A stretch of 63,586 nt of DNA, the filler included, from Craspedostauros australis (lineage: Eukaryota), in NCBI GenBank assembly GCA_030167865.1. It is 7 parts of 7 records of this genome, joined end to end, with 100 filler letters (N's around TTAATTAATTAA, not from the genome) between each part and the next. Parts side by side here need not be neighbours in the genome. Positions count along the whole stretch, not along the records: positions 34,318 to 40,713 come from JALAGF010005428.1; positions 40,814 to 43,034 come from JALAGF010005431.1; positions 43,135 to 55,874 come from JALAGF010005433.1; 4 more parts are not named here. One strand, written 5' to 3'. Positions within the stretch are counted from its first letter, which is position 1. Each line of letters opens with the position of its first letter. The notes under the pieces were generated by a model. That model was not told the origin of the DNA and did no database searches. It saw nothing but the letters and a program-made list of their open reading frames with translations. This document shows, in pieces, positions 37,601 through 49,700 of this stretch. The position numbers were made by a program, and so were the translations under genes.

Positions 37601-39009
37601 TCGATGTTCGCCCATGTGGTTGGTGGAATGCACTTCGCTGTATCGAGAATGAATGATGGATTGATGTCAAGCGTGGATGACGAGTCGATGTCGAGCATGG
37701 ATCCTTGATTGGCAGAGCGAGTCGCTGGGGCCGAAGTGAGTGGCGCCGTGTTCGACTCAATCATGCCTTGGACGAATTGCTCAATCTCATATTCGCTTGG
37801 ACGTAGCCACGGTCCTGGTCGGATCGTCATTACTTGGCGACGGAGTAGCTCGAATGCAAGTCGGTAGTGATGATTTTCGATCATCGCGTTCCACACGGAG
37901 CGAGTTCTTTGGACGAACGCTTCTGCGCTGTACGCAGATTTGGGTGGAAGGTACCCTTGGTTCATCAAGTGCTCAGGATCTTGATAGTACCATGGTCCTG
38001 ATTTGGCCTTGGACATGAAGTCGAGAGCGTCGAAGCGGGGTTCCATCGTGCCTGTGCTGATGAAGGTACTCAGCTTCTCCACGAATTGCTCAACGGCGTG
38101 GTCAGTGGCCAGTCGGAGGAGGTCTTCGTTGAGAAAGACACTGTTGAGGTCTTTCTCGAAGTGATCCTCCATGTCCGAGTGGAAGTTGTTGTACGTCTCC
38201 TGGAATGGAGTTGCTCCTTCCTCGGTCATGTTGTTGGGGTCCAGTTGCCCTAGTCGGCCATGTTGATGCTTGCTTCTCCTGCTTCAGCCGGCTTTGGGGC
38301 GAATGTTGGAAGAGCAATGTTGGTTGGTTGTGGATTCAACATATTGAATCGAACTCGAAGTCTGCGCAACAAGTAGTGAGCGTCCACCTTGAATTGGTGT
38401 AGATCGATGGAGAGAGAGTCGCTGCCTTCGCGTTGGAGAGGTTCGATTGTATGTAAGCAATCGACGACAGTTTGTGAGAATGTGATGATCGATGACGAAT
38501 CGGGGTGCGACTCCCTGGGTATTGCTGCCTGTTCAATTTCTTCCAAGGTAGCTACTGCGGGGCAAAAGTAGTAATCATCGGTGTCTTCGTCGTCCAACCA
38601 GGCTGCTTTGCCTCCCATACGCGCGTACGTGAATCGCTTTGGTTGTTTGCGACTTCTCGTGCTTCGAGGTCTTGTTGGCGTTGGCTCAGACTTAGGCATC
38701 ATGGGTGGCGTGGAGCTGGTATCAATTGGCGTCGGAGCTGGAGGTGGTAATGGAGTTGCCAGTTCTGAAATTGGCGACTCTCGGAGAGGTGAACTCAATT
38801 GCGGTTGAAGTGTTCGCTGGTCCGATGACTCTATAGTGGGATCAGGTACCGGAGACTCATTGGTAGCTCCCTCTGTCGGAGACATTTGCCTGTCGGCTCC
38901 CTCTGAGACTGGCATTGGAGGGGCAAGAGTTTCACTCATGAGATCTGGGATCTGTTGTGTCCTTGGTTGCGACTCTTTCGCCAATACCTGTGGCGCCCTT
39001 TCACGGATA
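34652..39009 (-). mobile_element. Ty1/Copia LTR retrotransposon: IN-RT linker, RT, RNase H, PPT, 3' LTR (disrupted)
   Basis: KKYKGRWCCRGD, DFTNAFVQA, LRKSLYGL, LYVDD, YVDADFAG, STMESEY, EDNQACI and ADIFTKG. PPT GAGAGGGAGAG precedes the LTR start at 35780 (duplicated at 35350). LTR termini are TGAGATTC...GAATTTCA (34652). There is a 2-bp slip in the (CT)n run near 36189-36200 and a frame break near 38250. Confidence 0.92.
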
Positions 39010-39663
39010 TGTTGGAAATCCGGGGTTATAGTTAGTACTAAATTCTAATCTGCTGTTAGAAACTGTACCGTTTTAGAACTGTGAGCACAATCTCACTTTC
39101 TCTTCCGATTTCGTCTNCATGGCAGGCATCTGTCGCGGTGGCGACACGGGGCATCCTGTTGTCTCTTAGGTGCTTCTCTCTTCATTCATCATGCTCTGTT
39201 CTTGCTTCCTTGTCTCTGCATCGTCGTAGCTGTCTACGCTTGCATGGTAGGGATCTGCAGTCTTGAGCTCTTGCCTATCTNNNNNNNNNNNNNNNNNNNN
39301 NNNNNNNNNNNNNNNNNNNNNNNNNNNNNNNNNNNNNNNNNNNNNNNNNNNNNNNNNNNNNNNNNNNCCTTTCTGATGTTCCAAACCTGCGGATGTTCTT
39401 GTCCGCAGGAGGGGCGCGTGCTGTCCTCTGAAGAAGGTGCGTCACCTGCCCATGGACTTGCCGTTCTGATCAACGTCGTCGTCTGCATGTTTGCCATGGT
39501 TGGCTTGGTATCGGGACCTCCTGATCTGCCATGGGTGTCGTCCTTACGTTACCAGAGGACAGGCTATCTTCCTCACGGTGGTACAGGTATCAATCGCGTC
39601 CGTACCCTTAGTCATAGTCATATTGACCTGGCATATAAAGGTGTGACAAATAGTCTCAGAACA
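39010..39663 (+). repeat. LTR-like repeat, family B, inserted into the Copia pol region; right boundary uncertain
   Basis: TGTTGGAAATCCGGGGTTATAG starts exactly where the Copia coding sequence stops. Homologous to 8281-8200 on the minus strand. Confidence 0.65.
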
Positions 39664-39714
39664 TNNNNNNNNNNNNNNNNNNNNNNNNNNNNNNNNNNNN
39701 NNNNNNNNNNNNNN

Positions 39715-40713
39715 GTTCACCACCATTACTCACCTACTCACACGCAAAAGCAAGATCAAGACAGGGCTTTCTTCCTTTGAGAGCTACTTCTGGATGGCCA
39801 CGGAGAAACTCAAACAGGCAATTTCGCGCCTAGTAGACCTACTGAAGGCTAAGTATGAAGCAGACAGGGAGGAACAAAACGATGCCAATGACAAGAGCGA
39901 CAACGACAACGATGAGCCCGATGACGTCATCGCGCCTTATGTGCGCACGGCCGATTCTCTCTTGCATGCACTCGAACTGCTTGTTGTGTTCCTCAAATGG
40001 GAGTTCACCGCCTCCCACATGCAGCTTCAGTGCGACGATCCAATGCATTCGGCCATGTTCGCTCTCACCACCAAAAAGGCGAAGAAGGGAGCAGCCACAT
40101 CAACCAACCAACGCAAACCACGCACCAACAAGCACAAGAGCAAGAAGAAAACCACGGTCACAAATGACACTTCTCCCACCACTGCAAGTGAACAACCACG
40201 TAAAGTATGCAACCGTTGTGGATCAACAATGCGATTTGTGAATGATCGTTTTGTCCCTTTTGTCAAAATGCTTAAGGACAACGAACTCAAAGAACACAAT
40301 GACGAATTGGAATCCATGCTTGCAGCGGCCCCGGGATTCGCCAATGAAATTGTTAACTACATGGCTCACAAAGTGCGTGCCAAAGTTCAATTCGGACAAA
40401 TCGCCTTTTATCAATCCCAGCTCAACGAAAAGCCTGAAAGAGCCTATGTGGTACTCGACCATAAGCAAAAAATTCTACCNACAGGCCAAGGCGAAGCCCA
40501 ACAAGAATATTGGGGGAAGAAGGGGATGTCACTGCTTGGGGCAATGGTCATCACGTGTCGCAACGACATTTTTACTTATCGGTTCATCGACATTGTGGTC
40601 GAGGGAAGACCGACGCAAGACACACTTCAAGTTGGTGGACTACTTGAGATCGTGCAAAAAAAGGTCAAAGACATGCACCCATCCGTGACTGAAATCATCC
40701 TACAGAGCGATAA
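39715..40713 (+). mobile_element. Sola3-like transposase fragment (copy E)
   Basis: CNRC Zn-like motif, YVVLDHKQK, EAQQEYWGKKGMS, QDTLQV and IILQSD. Homologous to 56287-57825. Preceded by an intron-like end, CTCAC...CAG at 39763. Confidence 0.75.
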
Positions 40714-40813
40714 NNNNNNNNNNNNNNNNNNNNNNNNNNNNNNNNNNNNNNNNNNNNTTAATTAATTAANNNNNNNNNNNNNNNNNNNNNNNNNNNNNNN
40801 NNNNNNNNNNNNN

Positions 40814-43034
40814 TTTCCTCCAATGCCGCTCCGATCCCGACGTCTGGATGCGTGACGCCAACTCCCATTGGGAGTACGTCTGCGTCTACGTCGACGATCT
40901 CACCGCGACGATGGCCGACCCCAAGGCTTTCTTCGACATCCTCTCTTCGAAGTACGGGTACCAGCTCAAGGGAGTTGGTCCTATCAAGTACCANCTCGGT
41001 GCTGACTTCGGCCGTGATCCCGACGGCACTCTCAAGCTCTCCCCGCAATCCTACATCAAGCGGATGATGGAGAACTACGAACACATGTTCGGCGAGCTTC
41101 CCCACAAGATCAGCTGCCCTCTCGACAAGGCTGACAGTCCAGAGCTCGACACCTCTTCCAAACTTAGCGAAACCAACAAACGCAAGTTCATGTCGCTCAT
41201 CGGTGCACTCCAGTGGTGTATCTCCCTCGGACGGTTTGACATCTCTGTCGCTGTCATGACGCTGGCACGCTTCCGCTCAGCTCCTCGCCAAGGTCATCTG
41301 GATCGCGCAAAGCGCATCTACGGATATCTTCGCAAGCATCCTGATGCTGCCATCNGCTTCCGCACCTGCGTCCCCCGCTTCGATCTTCACTACGAGGTTC
41401 CCAACCATGACTGGATCTACTCCGTCTACGGGAAGACCTCCGAGGAGATTCCGGATGACATCCCCGAGCCGAAAGGCAAGCCTGTCCGAACCACCACGTT
41501 CGTTGATGCCAACCTTCTCCACTGCCAAGTCACTGGCAGATCCGCTACCAGTGCTCTTCATCTGGTCAACCAGACCCCCATCGAATGGTTCTCCAAGCGT
41601 CAAGGCACGGTTGAGACCGCCACCTACGGGTCCGAGTTCGTCNNNNNNNNNNNNNNNNNNNNNNNNNNNNNNNNNNNNNNNNNNNNNNNNNNGCTCTCCC
41701 CGCAATCCTACATCAAGCGGATGATGGAGAACTACGAGCGCATGTTCGGCAAGCTTCCCCGCAAGATCAGCTGCCCCCTCGACAAGGCTGACAGCCCGGA
41801 GCTCGACACCTCTTCCGAACTTAGCGAGACCGACAAACGCAAGTTCATGTCGCTCATCGGTGCACTCCAGTGGTGTATCTCCCTCGGACGGTTTGACATC
41901 TCTGTCGCCGTCATGACGCTGGCACGCTTCCGCTCAGCTCCTCGCCAAGGCCATCTGGATCGCGCCAAGCGAGTGTACGGATACCTTCGCAAGCATCCTG
42001 ATGCTGCCATCCGCTTCCGCACCTGCATCCCCCGCTTCGATCTTCACTACGAGGTTCCCAACCATGACTGGATCTACTCCGTCTACGGGAAGACCTCCGA
42101 GGAGATTCCGGANNNNNNNNNNNNNNNNNNNNNNNNNNNNNNNNNNNNNNNNNNNNNNNNNNNNNNNNNNNNNNNNNNNNNNNNNNNNNNNNNNNNNNNN
42201 NNNNNNNNNNNNNNNNNNNNNNNNNNNNNNNNNNNNNNNNNNNNNNNNNNNNNNNNNNNNNNNNNNGTTGAGACCGCCACCTACGGGTCCGAGTTCGTCG
42301 CTGCCCGTCAAGCTACGGAGCAGATCATCTCCCTCCGTCTTGCCCTTCGCGAAATGGGCATTCCGATCGACGGCCCCAGCTGGATGCTGGGTGACAACCA
42401 GTCCGTCATCACCTCCTCCACGGTCCCCAAGAGCNNNNNNNNNNNNNNNNNNNNNNNNNNNNNNNNNNNNNNNNNNNNNNNNNNACGGTTTGACATCTCT
42501 GTCGCCGTCATGACGCTGGCACGCTTCCGCTCAGCTCCTCGCCAAGGCCATCTGGACCGCGCCAAGCGCATCTACGGGTATCTTCGAAAACACCCGGATG
42601 CAGCCATCCGCTTCCGCACGTGCGTTCCCCGCTTCGATCTTCACTACGAGGTTCCCAACCATGACTGGATCTACTCCGTCTATGGGAAGACCTCTGAGGA
42701 GATTCCGGACGACATCCCCGAGCCGAAAGGCAAACCTGTCCGAACCACCACGTTCGTCGACGCCAACCTTCTCCACTGCCAAGTCACTGGCAGATCTGCT
42801 ACCAGTGCTCTCCATCTGGTAAACCAGACCCCCATCGAATGGTTCTCCAAGCGCCAAGGCACGGTCGAGACCGCCACCTACGGGTCCGAGTTCGTCGCTG
42901 CCCGCCAAGCTACGGAGCAGATCATCTCCCTTCGCCTCGCTCTCCGCGAGATGGGCATTCCGATCGACGGCCCCAGCTGGATGCTGGGTGACAATCAGTC
43001 CGTCATCACCTCCTCCACGGTCCCCAAGAGCATG
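40814..43034 (+). mobile_element. Ty1/Copia (CoDi-like) RT-RNase H fragments, several overlapping copies
   Basis: VYVDD, YLGADF, IGALQW, GRFDI, FVDAN, WFSKRQGTVETATYGSEF and GDNQSV. The same segment repeats around N gaps. Confidence 0.9.
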
Positions 43035-43174
43035 NNNNNNNNNNNNNNNNNNNNNNNNNNNNNNNNNNNNNNNNNNNNTTAATTAATTAANNNNNNNNNN
43101 NNNNNNNNNNNNNNNNNNNNNNNNNNNNNNNNNNTTCGTCATCATCATCGCCATTGTTGTCGCAGTCGTCGCAT

Positions 43175-45025
43175 TCACCTCCCACCCGATTCCATGTGCC
43201 GCTGCAGCTCTTGGCGGGCTATCAAATCTCGTTCCTGCTCTTTGACTTTAGATTCAAATGTGTCAATGTCATCACCGCCATCAACGCTCTTTCCATTGAG
43301 CGAGTCCCGACCAGATCGCAGATCGACTTCGTTCATCAGCATTTCCCCACCGTCGCTGACTCCGTAGTAATCCAACGTATTGTCATCTGCGTCCAATTCG
43401 ATCGGGAATGCATCCGCCTGTGTCCGATAATGCAGGCTGATCAGGTCTGTGTCCAGCCCAAAGTACCGCGAACACAGCGCCTTCAATCGCCCGACTGTCA
43501 AACTACCTGGCAACCGACGGACAAGCGGTTCCATGCTGCAGCTGCTGGCCGCCATGGAACGGACCATGAGGTTGGCAACTGTCGCGGACAAGGTCGAACC
43601 GCCGCTGCCACTCGCCCCACCCGCAGTGGAGTTGGATGCTGCGGCGATGACATCCCGGTGCTCATCTTTGAGCGTGTCATACTGCGGATGCTTTGCCAGC
43701 AACGATTGTCGGTTGCTTTCTCTTGTCGCTTCATCAGGTTCAAGACTGGTTGATTGCAATAACCTTGTGACCATTGATACGTACCGTCGCTCTGCCTCCT
43801 TTCTTTCGTTTGTGGATACCAGCGACGCATTCAAGTAGCTGAGAGATGGGAACTGTGCGATTGCCATGGATCGTGCTTCGCCTTGCCCCATGGTGGAAGT
43901 CAGCGGGGTATTCTTCAGCCGCAACGATTTGATCCCAAGTGAATGGACGCCGCGCATATCCTCCCATCGTGCTATCTTCGTTCCAGCAATCTGTAGCGAC
44001 AGCAGAGACACGAATGCCTGCTCCTGAGATCCAACCGTGGCATTCTCATCTACCGGAATGGGCGTGAGCGCGTTATCATCCAAGCTCAGATGCGCCAGAT
44101 TGGGGAACGAGCCAAATTTCGATATCTGCGCCATCCAATCCGTCAGATTGCAACTCGAGCAATCCAGCAACCGCAGCTGTCGGAACGACCCGTCATTCAG
44201 GTTCACTGTTTCGAAGTCCAGCATATCTGACAGATCTGACAGGTCGGAATGGGCAATGCACAGCTCCTCCAGATTCGGCATGGTCCGCCCGATCCACGCC
44301 ATGGTTCGGCTGGTGCTGATCTCGCATCGATTCAGATTGAGCGTCTTGATTTGATGCAGGGCGGGCGGAAGCTGCAGATCACGCGGTTGCATTTGAGCGT
44401 GCATGTCCCGAATGCGGTTGGATGCCACGCTGAAACACTCGAGGTTGGGAAAGCAACGGATGATCTCCATCACCATCTTCCAGTTGGACATGAGATTGCC
44501 TGCCAAGTCGATGTCGGTGATGTGTTGAAAGTCTTGCAACTCTTGCTGCGAGCAGCATTTGGAAATTCCTTCGCATCGCAGCGAGATCTTGTGGATCTGC
44601 CCCAGCTGCTGCTGCCTTCGGATCTTCATCTCTCCCAGAAACTCCACGGGCTTGTCGCGGCCGCTGGAGGTCTGCGCGACATGCGGCAGGAGATTGTTCG
44701 GCGCCACCAGCGGAGCATCCATCTCGACGTACTTGGACTTGAGCATCTCCGCGTCTAGAATGGCGCCCAGATCGACCTTGCTGAGCCGCAGGAAGCTACC
44801 CTGCGTCGGTCCGCAGCTGAAGTGCCTCACGAGCTGGTTCGTGCGTCGGCAGATGACGGACCCGTCATGCTTGCCACGGCTCGCATCGTCCCATCTGATC
44901 CCAGCGTAGATCTCTTCGCTGTTCTTGGCGCTTGCCACCGTGCCGACGTAGACGACCGTGCCGCAGAATCCGTCGGCGTCGCGGATTCTTGTCTCGTTCA
45001 CGATCAACGTCGACGGGTGTACCAT
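43175..45025 (-). CDS. TBCE: Tubulin-specific chaperone E
   Basis: N-terminal CAP-Gly (GTVVYVG, GIRWDD..RGKHDGS, GSFLR), LRRs (IDLAGNL, LSLDDNAL), ERKEAERRY and a C-terminal ubiquitin-like domain (TVGRLK...LDYYGV). First ATG at 45025. Confidence 0.93.
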   Translation of the reverse strand: MVHPSTLIVNETRIRDADGFCGTVVYVGTVASAKNSEEIYAGIRWDDASRGKHDGSVICRRTNQLVRHFSCGPTQGSFLRLSKVDLGAILDAEMLKSKYVEMDAPLVAPNNLLPHVAQTSSGRDKPVEFLGEMKIRRQQQLGQIHKISLRCEGISKCCSQQELQDFQHITDIDLAGNLMSNWKMVMEIIRCFPNLECFSVASNRIRDMHAQMQPRDLQLPPALHQIKTLNLNRCEISTSRTMAWIGRTMPNLEELCIAHSDLSDLSDMLDFETVNLNDGSFRQLRLLDCSSCNLTDWMAQISKFGSFPNLAHLSLDDNALTPIPVDENATVGSQEQAFVSLLSLQIAGTKIARWEDMRGVHSLGIKSLRLKNTPLTSTMGQGEARSMAIAQFPSLSYLNASLVSTNERKEAERRYVSMVTRLLQSTSLEPDEATRESNRQSLLAKHPQYDTLKDEHRDVIAAASNSTAGGASGSGGSTLSATVANLMVRSMAASSCSMEPLVRRLPGSLTVGRLKALCSRYFGLDTDLISLHYRTQADAFPIELDADDNTLDYYGVSDGGEMLMNEVDLRSGRDSLNGKSVDGGDDIDTFESKVKEQERDLIARQELQRHMESGGR

Positions 45026-45394
45026 TGTGAGACGATCGGTGTCCCTTGTTTGGTCAGGTGGTCCGTTTGTCAATTGGATGTGTGCCAGTGGTGTCGACAG
45101 CGTGAACAGTGTTTGCGTTGCGTTGTGTCGTTTGGGTGTTCTGTTTTTTGTTTCCGTTGGGGTTTCGTGTAAATGCTGTTCTTATCTGGGTTTTGTGTTT
45201 GACGATCTATTCGGACAGTGTTGTCTTGTTGCGGACATTCGTTTTCGTGTTCGGATTGCGTTCTGCTCATCTTTGTCTCATCATCACAAAACCGTCGCAA
45301 AGAGGAAGACGGGAACGCTTCGCCACAATCACAATTCGTTGAGCGGCCTCGCACTCTGCCACTTCCCAACTCTCCCTCCTGACTCATTCGCCCA

Positions 45395-46309
45395 ATGCGA
45401 TCGATCATGGCGAGAGCGAGCATGTGGCTTGTGGCCATCTTGGCATCGCGCTGCGCATCAGCGTTCGTCGTGCAGCCAGCAGCGACAGTCCGAACGGCTT
45501 CACTGCCAGGATCAGCCACGACGAACTTCGGCTTCGGAGGTCGCCATCGATCGCCGTTCGTGCCGGCTGGTGCATCGTCGCAGGATATCTCCAGGCTGGG
45601 GCTGGCTTCGCTTTCGGATCTCAGCTCCATCACCACTTCCGTCGTGGAGGTCTTCGATGGAAGCACGATCGTGGATCCAGTCGTGGTCTCAGATGTCTTT
45701 TGGACCAGCCTCAAGGGCAAGTTCCTCGCACTCCTGATCGGCCAAGTGCTGGCGGCGATTGCGTTCGCGATCATCACATCCGTCGCGGCGTCACAGATAT
45801 CCAAGTTGGGTTCGTGGGTGTCCTCATCTGTTTTCGCGGCAACGAACGACAAGGAAAGCCCAAGAACGTCACCCGTCACCAACAAGCCATTCATCCGAGC
45901 CGACCAGAAGCCCATCGCACCAGACTTCAGCAAGCTGCTCGTCTGCCTTGCCATCGATGTGCTGGGGACGTCGTCCGAAATCGTTCCGGTGCTCGGGGAA
46001 TTCACAGACATCATCTACGCACCGATCGCGGCGTCTTTGCTGCGGTCCTTGTACGGCAGCAACGTCATCTTTGCGTTGGAGTTTGCGGAGGAGATCCTTC
46101 CTTTCACCGACATCATTCCGCTGGCGACGCTGTGCTGGGTCGTTGACACGTTCTTCGCGGATTCGGACGTGGCCAGGACGTTGCAATTGGGGTCGTACAG
46201 AAACAACGTCGATCCGCGGGATGTTGCTAGCGGGGTTGTGGACGTCGATGCGAAGCAGGTCGCCGATAGACAAACTTCCGACGCCGACGGCAGTGCCAAT
46301 CGGAGATGA
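45395..46309 (+). CDS. Plastid-targeted membrane protein of unknown function
   Basis: Canonical ASAF presequence (CASAFVVQP), one TM helix, then a hydrophobic domain IDVLG..SEIVPVLGEFTDIIYAPI...EFAEEILPFTDIIPLATLCW. It is head-to-head with TBCE. Confidence 0.85.
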   Translation: MRSIMARASMWLVAILASRCASAFVVQPAATVRTASLPGSATTNFGFGGRHRSPFVPAGASSQDISRLGLASLSDLSSITTSVVEVFDGSTIVDPVVVSDVFWTSLKGKFLALLIGQVLAAIAFAIITSVAASQISKLGSWVSSSVFAATNDKESPRTSPVTNKPFIRADQKPIAPDFSKLLVCLAIDVLGTSSEIVPVLGEFTDIIYAPIAASLLRSLYGSNVIFALEFAEEILPFTDIIPLATLCWVVDTFFADSDVARTLQLGSYRNNVDPRDVASGVVDVDAKQVADRQTSDADGSANRR

Positions 46310-46791
46310 GCCGGATCGTCTGTCATCCCCACTCGTATGATGCATAGTAGTAGCTGCACCAGTGATCCACAAACATGCGCAGGTGCTTCGAGACGTACGT
46401 ACCAAATGCGATTCCGCCCATTCATCTATTATAGGTTGAAGCCCCTCCCCATCGGTTCAAGACAGTTCGGCGATGTGCCTTGGAATGGCATTGTGTTGGC
46501 ATGGACAAGACGACTGGCATACCACTCAATACAACTCTGCAATCTGTGACTAAGAGGATAACACTCGTAACAATGGAAATGTTCAGGACAACTACGTACA
46601 TAAACGTTGGTGTACTATATGTTTTATCGTACTCAGCATGGTGGCGAAGTTGAGAGCGACCCCTTCCTGCCGGCTTTCAGATAGGCAGTGCCTTCCTGCA
46701 ATCGTACGCATCAAATCATATCATATCTCACCATACCATGTCGTACTCACACCATACTAATAGCGGCACCAGTGCCACACGGTCAGCCAAA

Positions 46792-49700
46792 TCAGAGCGT
46801 CTTTCCTTCAGTGGAGAGCGGATCAATGAGACTCTGGCGATCCAGCAAGTGCAGAATCCTGCCTGCCGAACGCTCCGTCTCCTTTCGGTCCGACATGTCC
46901 TGGAAGGCGGCTCCCAGACCGAAGAGCGAAAAGAGGATGGCGAAATTCGCGATGAGGAAGTCGTTGAGCTCGTACCCGTCGACCGTGAACAGCAGGTATC
47001 CGCCGAACCAGAGCTGCAGACCATTGATCCATTGCTGGATGAACATGGAAAGGCCGGCCGTGGCACCCTCCATGATACCATCGCGCACGTAGTTGGGTTC
47101 GGAAGTGTAAAGCGCTGTTTCGAAGTTCTCCATGCGGGCTCCTTCCATGGTCAACGCCGACACCGTGTTCATGTTCAGGAGCGTCTCCACGATGATTCCA
47201 CCTGGACTGTTCAAGCCTTCCTCGTCGGTCACATCCTCGCCGAGCATCTGCTTCATTTCCATGGAGGTCGCGAATCCCATCAGCGGGATGCAACCGATCG
47301 CCAGCAGGGCGAACTGCCACATGTAGACGAAGGAGAGGACCACTCCCGTCACGACGGACGAGATAGCGATGAGGAAGGATCGGATGGGCTCCTGAGAGAA
47401 TGTCTGGATGCGGGCGGCGTCGTCTTGCAGCTGCGACGTGATGGCGCCGACGGAGCGCTTGTCGAAGAATGCGACCTCCTGTCGGACCAAAGCCGTGAAG
47501 GCGTCGTCGCGGGTGCGCTTGTTGATGCGCTCGCTTGCATTTCCGAATCCCCAGAAAACGATGACGTTCCCGAGCACGGCACCAACAGCGATGATGGCCC
47601 AATAGCCGGCGACGATGAAGGATCGGTCGCGCATGTCGTCTGCCATATCGTCGCGGTAGTCTTGGCACGTGTCGAATCCCAAGTCCCCAGCCGTGGCTTC
47701 TTCGCACGGCTCGACGATGCGGAAGAGAAGATCGATCGTCTCTGCAAACAGCAGTCCCCAAAGCGGGAAGACGGATCCGGCCATGAGAGCACCGATGGAA
47801 CCAACGGTCATGTAGAATGCCTCAGGTGCGGCCATCTCGCGGACACGGGCCAAGCTGAATGCGTTCTTCTCTTCTTCTTCGATGACGGCCTCCCAGTCTT
47901 GGTCGATGTCCTCCTCTTCCTCCTCCTTGTCGCCGGCAGCGGCCTTCTTCAAGCCCTTCGCAGTCATGGTCGATCGCAGCTTCTGCGACTCAACCAACCG
48001 CTTGTACCTGCCGTGTGGCTTCTCCATGAGCTCTTCGTGGGTGCCAATCTCCTTGACCCTGCCATCTGCGATGAATGCGATGCGATCTGCGTTGCGGACA
48101 GTCGTCAATCGATGGGCGATGAGGATGCACGTATGCTCCTGGGACTCCATGAGCTTGTCCAGCGCCTCCTGGACGATGGCCTCGCTCTCATTGTCAAGAG
48201 CCGAAGTGGCCTCATCGAGCAGAAGGACTTGTGGCTTCTTCACGAGCGCACGGGCGATGGCGATGCGCTGCTTCTGTCCGCCGGACACCTGCGTGCCACG
48301 CTCGCCAACGGGAGTGTCGAATGCTTCGGGAAAGGTGTTGATGAAGTCGTACGCATTGGCCTGGCGGGCCGCCTCTTCGATCTCCTTTCTGGATGCACCC
48401 GGGGCACCGTATGCGATGTTGTTTGCGATGGTCTCGTCGAAGAGCGTTGGTTCTTGTCCGACGTATCCGATCTGATCGCGGTACCAGTGAACATTCAAAG
48501 ACTTGATGTCCACGCCCTTGTACTCAACGGTACCTTCGATCGGGTCATAGAATCGCTCGATGAGACTCATGTTGGTGGACTTGCCTCCTCCACTGCAGGT
48601 TCAAGTGATCGCGGTTAATATTGTTGTGCGTATGGATAGATGGATGGATGGGGAGATGTACGAAAGTATCAGCAAAAGCAAATTGGAGCAAAGATGTAAG
48701 AATGCGATGTGTTGCGGGCTGGGTCGACAAGTCAACTGACAGACGGAACACACACGGAGGGAGCATGTTCTTGTGCATAGCTCGCACGCCGTCCCAACAT
48801 GGACATGGATATTGATGGTGCACTGCGTCGATATCTGAACCTGCCGAGATCCATTGATGTCTTCTTACCTTGGGCCAACCAACGCCAATGTCTCGCCCTT
48901 CTTGATCTTGAGATTGAACTTGTTGAGAATCTTCTTCGTTGGTCTGGTTGGGTACGTGAACACGACATCCTTGAATTCGAGTAGGGTGGAATCCTCTTCC
49001 ACTGCCTTTTCCTCTTTTTCACCTTCAGTGTCAGCGGCGGCATCAGCACCACTCTCCGCGCCGGAGGTTGCGGTGGTATCGACCACCTCGACTCCTTCTG
49101 CACCATCGAGCGCCTTCAAATCGGCGGAGCTGCTTTCGCGCGAGGATGGTTCCAACGATCCCGAAGAACCGGATGTCGATGCGATGCTGGGACGTTCCGC
49201 TCGCTCTGCCTTCTCCACGAGGTTCTTGTAATATCCGGTCTCCGCAACCATGAGCTCGTCGTGGCTTCCCTTCTCGACGATGGTGCCCTTGTTAACGACG
49301 GCGATGATGTCGGCATTGCGAATGGTGGACAGACGATGGGCGATGATCACGGTGGTGCGCTTCTGCGTTGCGAGCACGTTGTCCAAGGCCTCCTGCACGA
49401 CGAGTTCGGACTCGCTATCAAGCGCGCTGGTGGCTTCATCGAGGAGCAGGATTGCTGGGTTGGCGACCAACACACGTGCAATGGCAATGCGTTGCTTTTG
49501 TCCTGTCGATACGAATAGAGTATTGGTGGAGTGGTGCAAGTTGGGTGCCATCAGCAGAATGCAACAGTAAGCACAGAGAATGCATATGTCAGAATATGCA
49601 GGCAGGGTTCAGTTTTGTTTGGGACACACATCGAGACATCGTGTGTGTGCATCGACGGCGCAAATCGTTCATACTGATATGCTTGGTAAATTGTGGTGCA

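Noticed and set aside
40848..43082. 744-aa ORF with a triplicated RT/RNase H segment, suggesting a multi-domain RT
   Set aside because: The repeats are overlapping near-identical contigs separated by N gaps; a collapsed Copia family is the simpler explanation.
46738..48618. 626-aa plus-strand ORF (and 50766-52133, 49839-50699)
   Set aside because: Antisense shadows of the codon-biased ABCB exons, with no recognisable motifs.
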